Positions 63,639-64,000 of a DNA stretch of 64,000 bases are shown piece after piece. This stretch comes from Candidatus Omnitrophota bacterium. Lineage in GTDB: Bacteria; Omnitrophota; Gorgyraeia; Gygaellales; Gygaellaceae. The translations under genes were made by a program, and so were the position numbers. The stretch is taken from the NCBI GenBank assembly GCA_018400015.1, contig JAGYNB010000002.1, positions 116,555-180,554 of the forward strand, written 5' to 3'. The notes beneath the pieces are model-generated. The model was not told where the DNA came from. It searched no databases and saw only the letters and a list, made by a program, of their open reading frames with translations. Position 1 is the stretch's first letter, and each line of letters begins with the position of its first letter.

Positions 63639-64000
63639 AAAAAACAATCGGACTTATTGGTTGCGGCAATATGGGCGAAGCTATATTTAGAGGATGTAAA
63701 AAGGATAAACAGCTCAGGCTTTTAGCTACAGATAAGGTTAAATCCAGAAAAGATAAATTTTGCAGAAAATACAGGATTAAAAGCGCATGCAGCATCAGTG
63801 ATCTTATAAGATTATCAGATGTCGTTTTGATTGCCGTTAAGCCGCAGGATATTGACGAAGTTTTAGTTGAGATCAAAGAATCTTTAAGGAAAAATGTTTT
63901 GGTAGTTTCCATTGCAGCAGGTATTAGCTCAAAATATATTGAAAAAACAATAGGTAATAAAGTAAAAGTAATACGCGCCATGCCGAATATGGCAGCTGTA
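63635..64000 (+). CDS. proC: 5' part of pyrroline-5-carboxylate reductase; runs off the right window edge
   Basis: MKKTIGLIGCGNMGEAIFRG... Rossmann N-terminus typical of ProC, then ...VVLIAVKPQD.... The ATG overlaps the yggS stop (ATGA). Confidence 0.8.
   Translation, partial: MKKTIGLIGCGNMGEAIFRGCKKDKQLRLLATDKVKSRKDKFCRKYRIKSACSISDLIRLSDVVLIAVKPQDIDEVLVEIKESLRKNVLVVSIAAGISSKYIEKTIGNKVKVIRAMPNMAAV

Noticed and set aside
1-64000. CRISPR arrays, tandem repeats, IS elements, toxin-antitoxin pairs and defence islands
   Set aside because: By eye, no series of regularly spaced direct repeats, no transposase/integrase/Cas-like ORFs and no short paired ORFs were found. All intergenic gaps longer than 100 nt are accounted for by promoters, terminators, the riboswitch or the tRNA. 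The UvrD-nuclease fusion has Cas4-like motifs but no cas neighbours.

Overview
This window is a dense, almost entirely co-directional block of core housekeeping genes from a low-GC diderm (Gram-negative-type) bacterium. The gene content and fused lpxC-fabZ are compatible with a PVC-like or candidate-phylum genome, but taxonomy cannot be fixed from this window. Gene order, 5' to 3': glmU (3' end), prs, rplY, pth, rpsF-ssb-rpsR-rplI-dnaB, then an outer-membrane and lipid A block (bamA-skp-lpxD-lpxC/fabZ-lpxA-lpxI), an RluA-family pseudouridine synthase, uppP, malQ, a DUF502 membrane protein, a nitroreductase and speH. A large GH94-like glycoside phosphorylase on the opposite strand follows, then cvpA, a UvrD-like helicase fused to an Fe-S RecB/Cas4-type nuclease, rpsO-pnp, ftsK, a rodZ-like gene, rimO, pgsA-pgpA, and convergent thpR and pncC. 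Next comes an FMN riboswitch (aptamer plus intrinsic terminator) controlling ribBA-ribH-nusB-PHP(TrpH-like)-ribD-ribE. Then tRNA-Pro(CGG), acyP, a metallophosphoesterase, ligA, a small lipoprotein, an MBL hydrolase, xerD, cca, rbfA, nrnA and ribF. The window ends with a complete dcw cluster (mraZ-rsmH-ftsL-ftsI-murE-murF-mraY-murD-ftsW-murG-[HExxH protein]-murC-murB-ddl-ftsQ-ftsA), then yggS and the start of proC. There are no CRISPR arrays, transposases, integrases, prophage genes or obvious defence islands; this is essentially core genome. The most notable points are: (1) the dcw cluster goes from ftsA directly to yggS with no ftsZ; (2) a secreted HExxH zinc-peptidase-like gene is translationally embedded between murG and murC; (3) a single-chain UvrD-helicase/Fe-S-nuclease fusion coupled to cvpA; (4) the FMN-riboswitch-controlled rib operon has an unusual order and an inserted PHP-family gene; (5) an A+T-rich, opposite-strand GH94-like phosphorylase bounded by its own promoter and terminator regions; (6) MraZ-box direct repeats and near-consensus sigma70 promoters are readable in the sequence. 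I found no convincing evidence of a wholly novel multi-gene system. The findings below are single-gene or architectural oddities.
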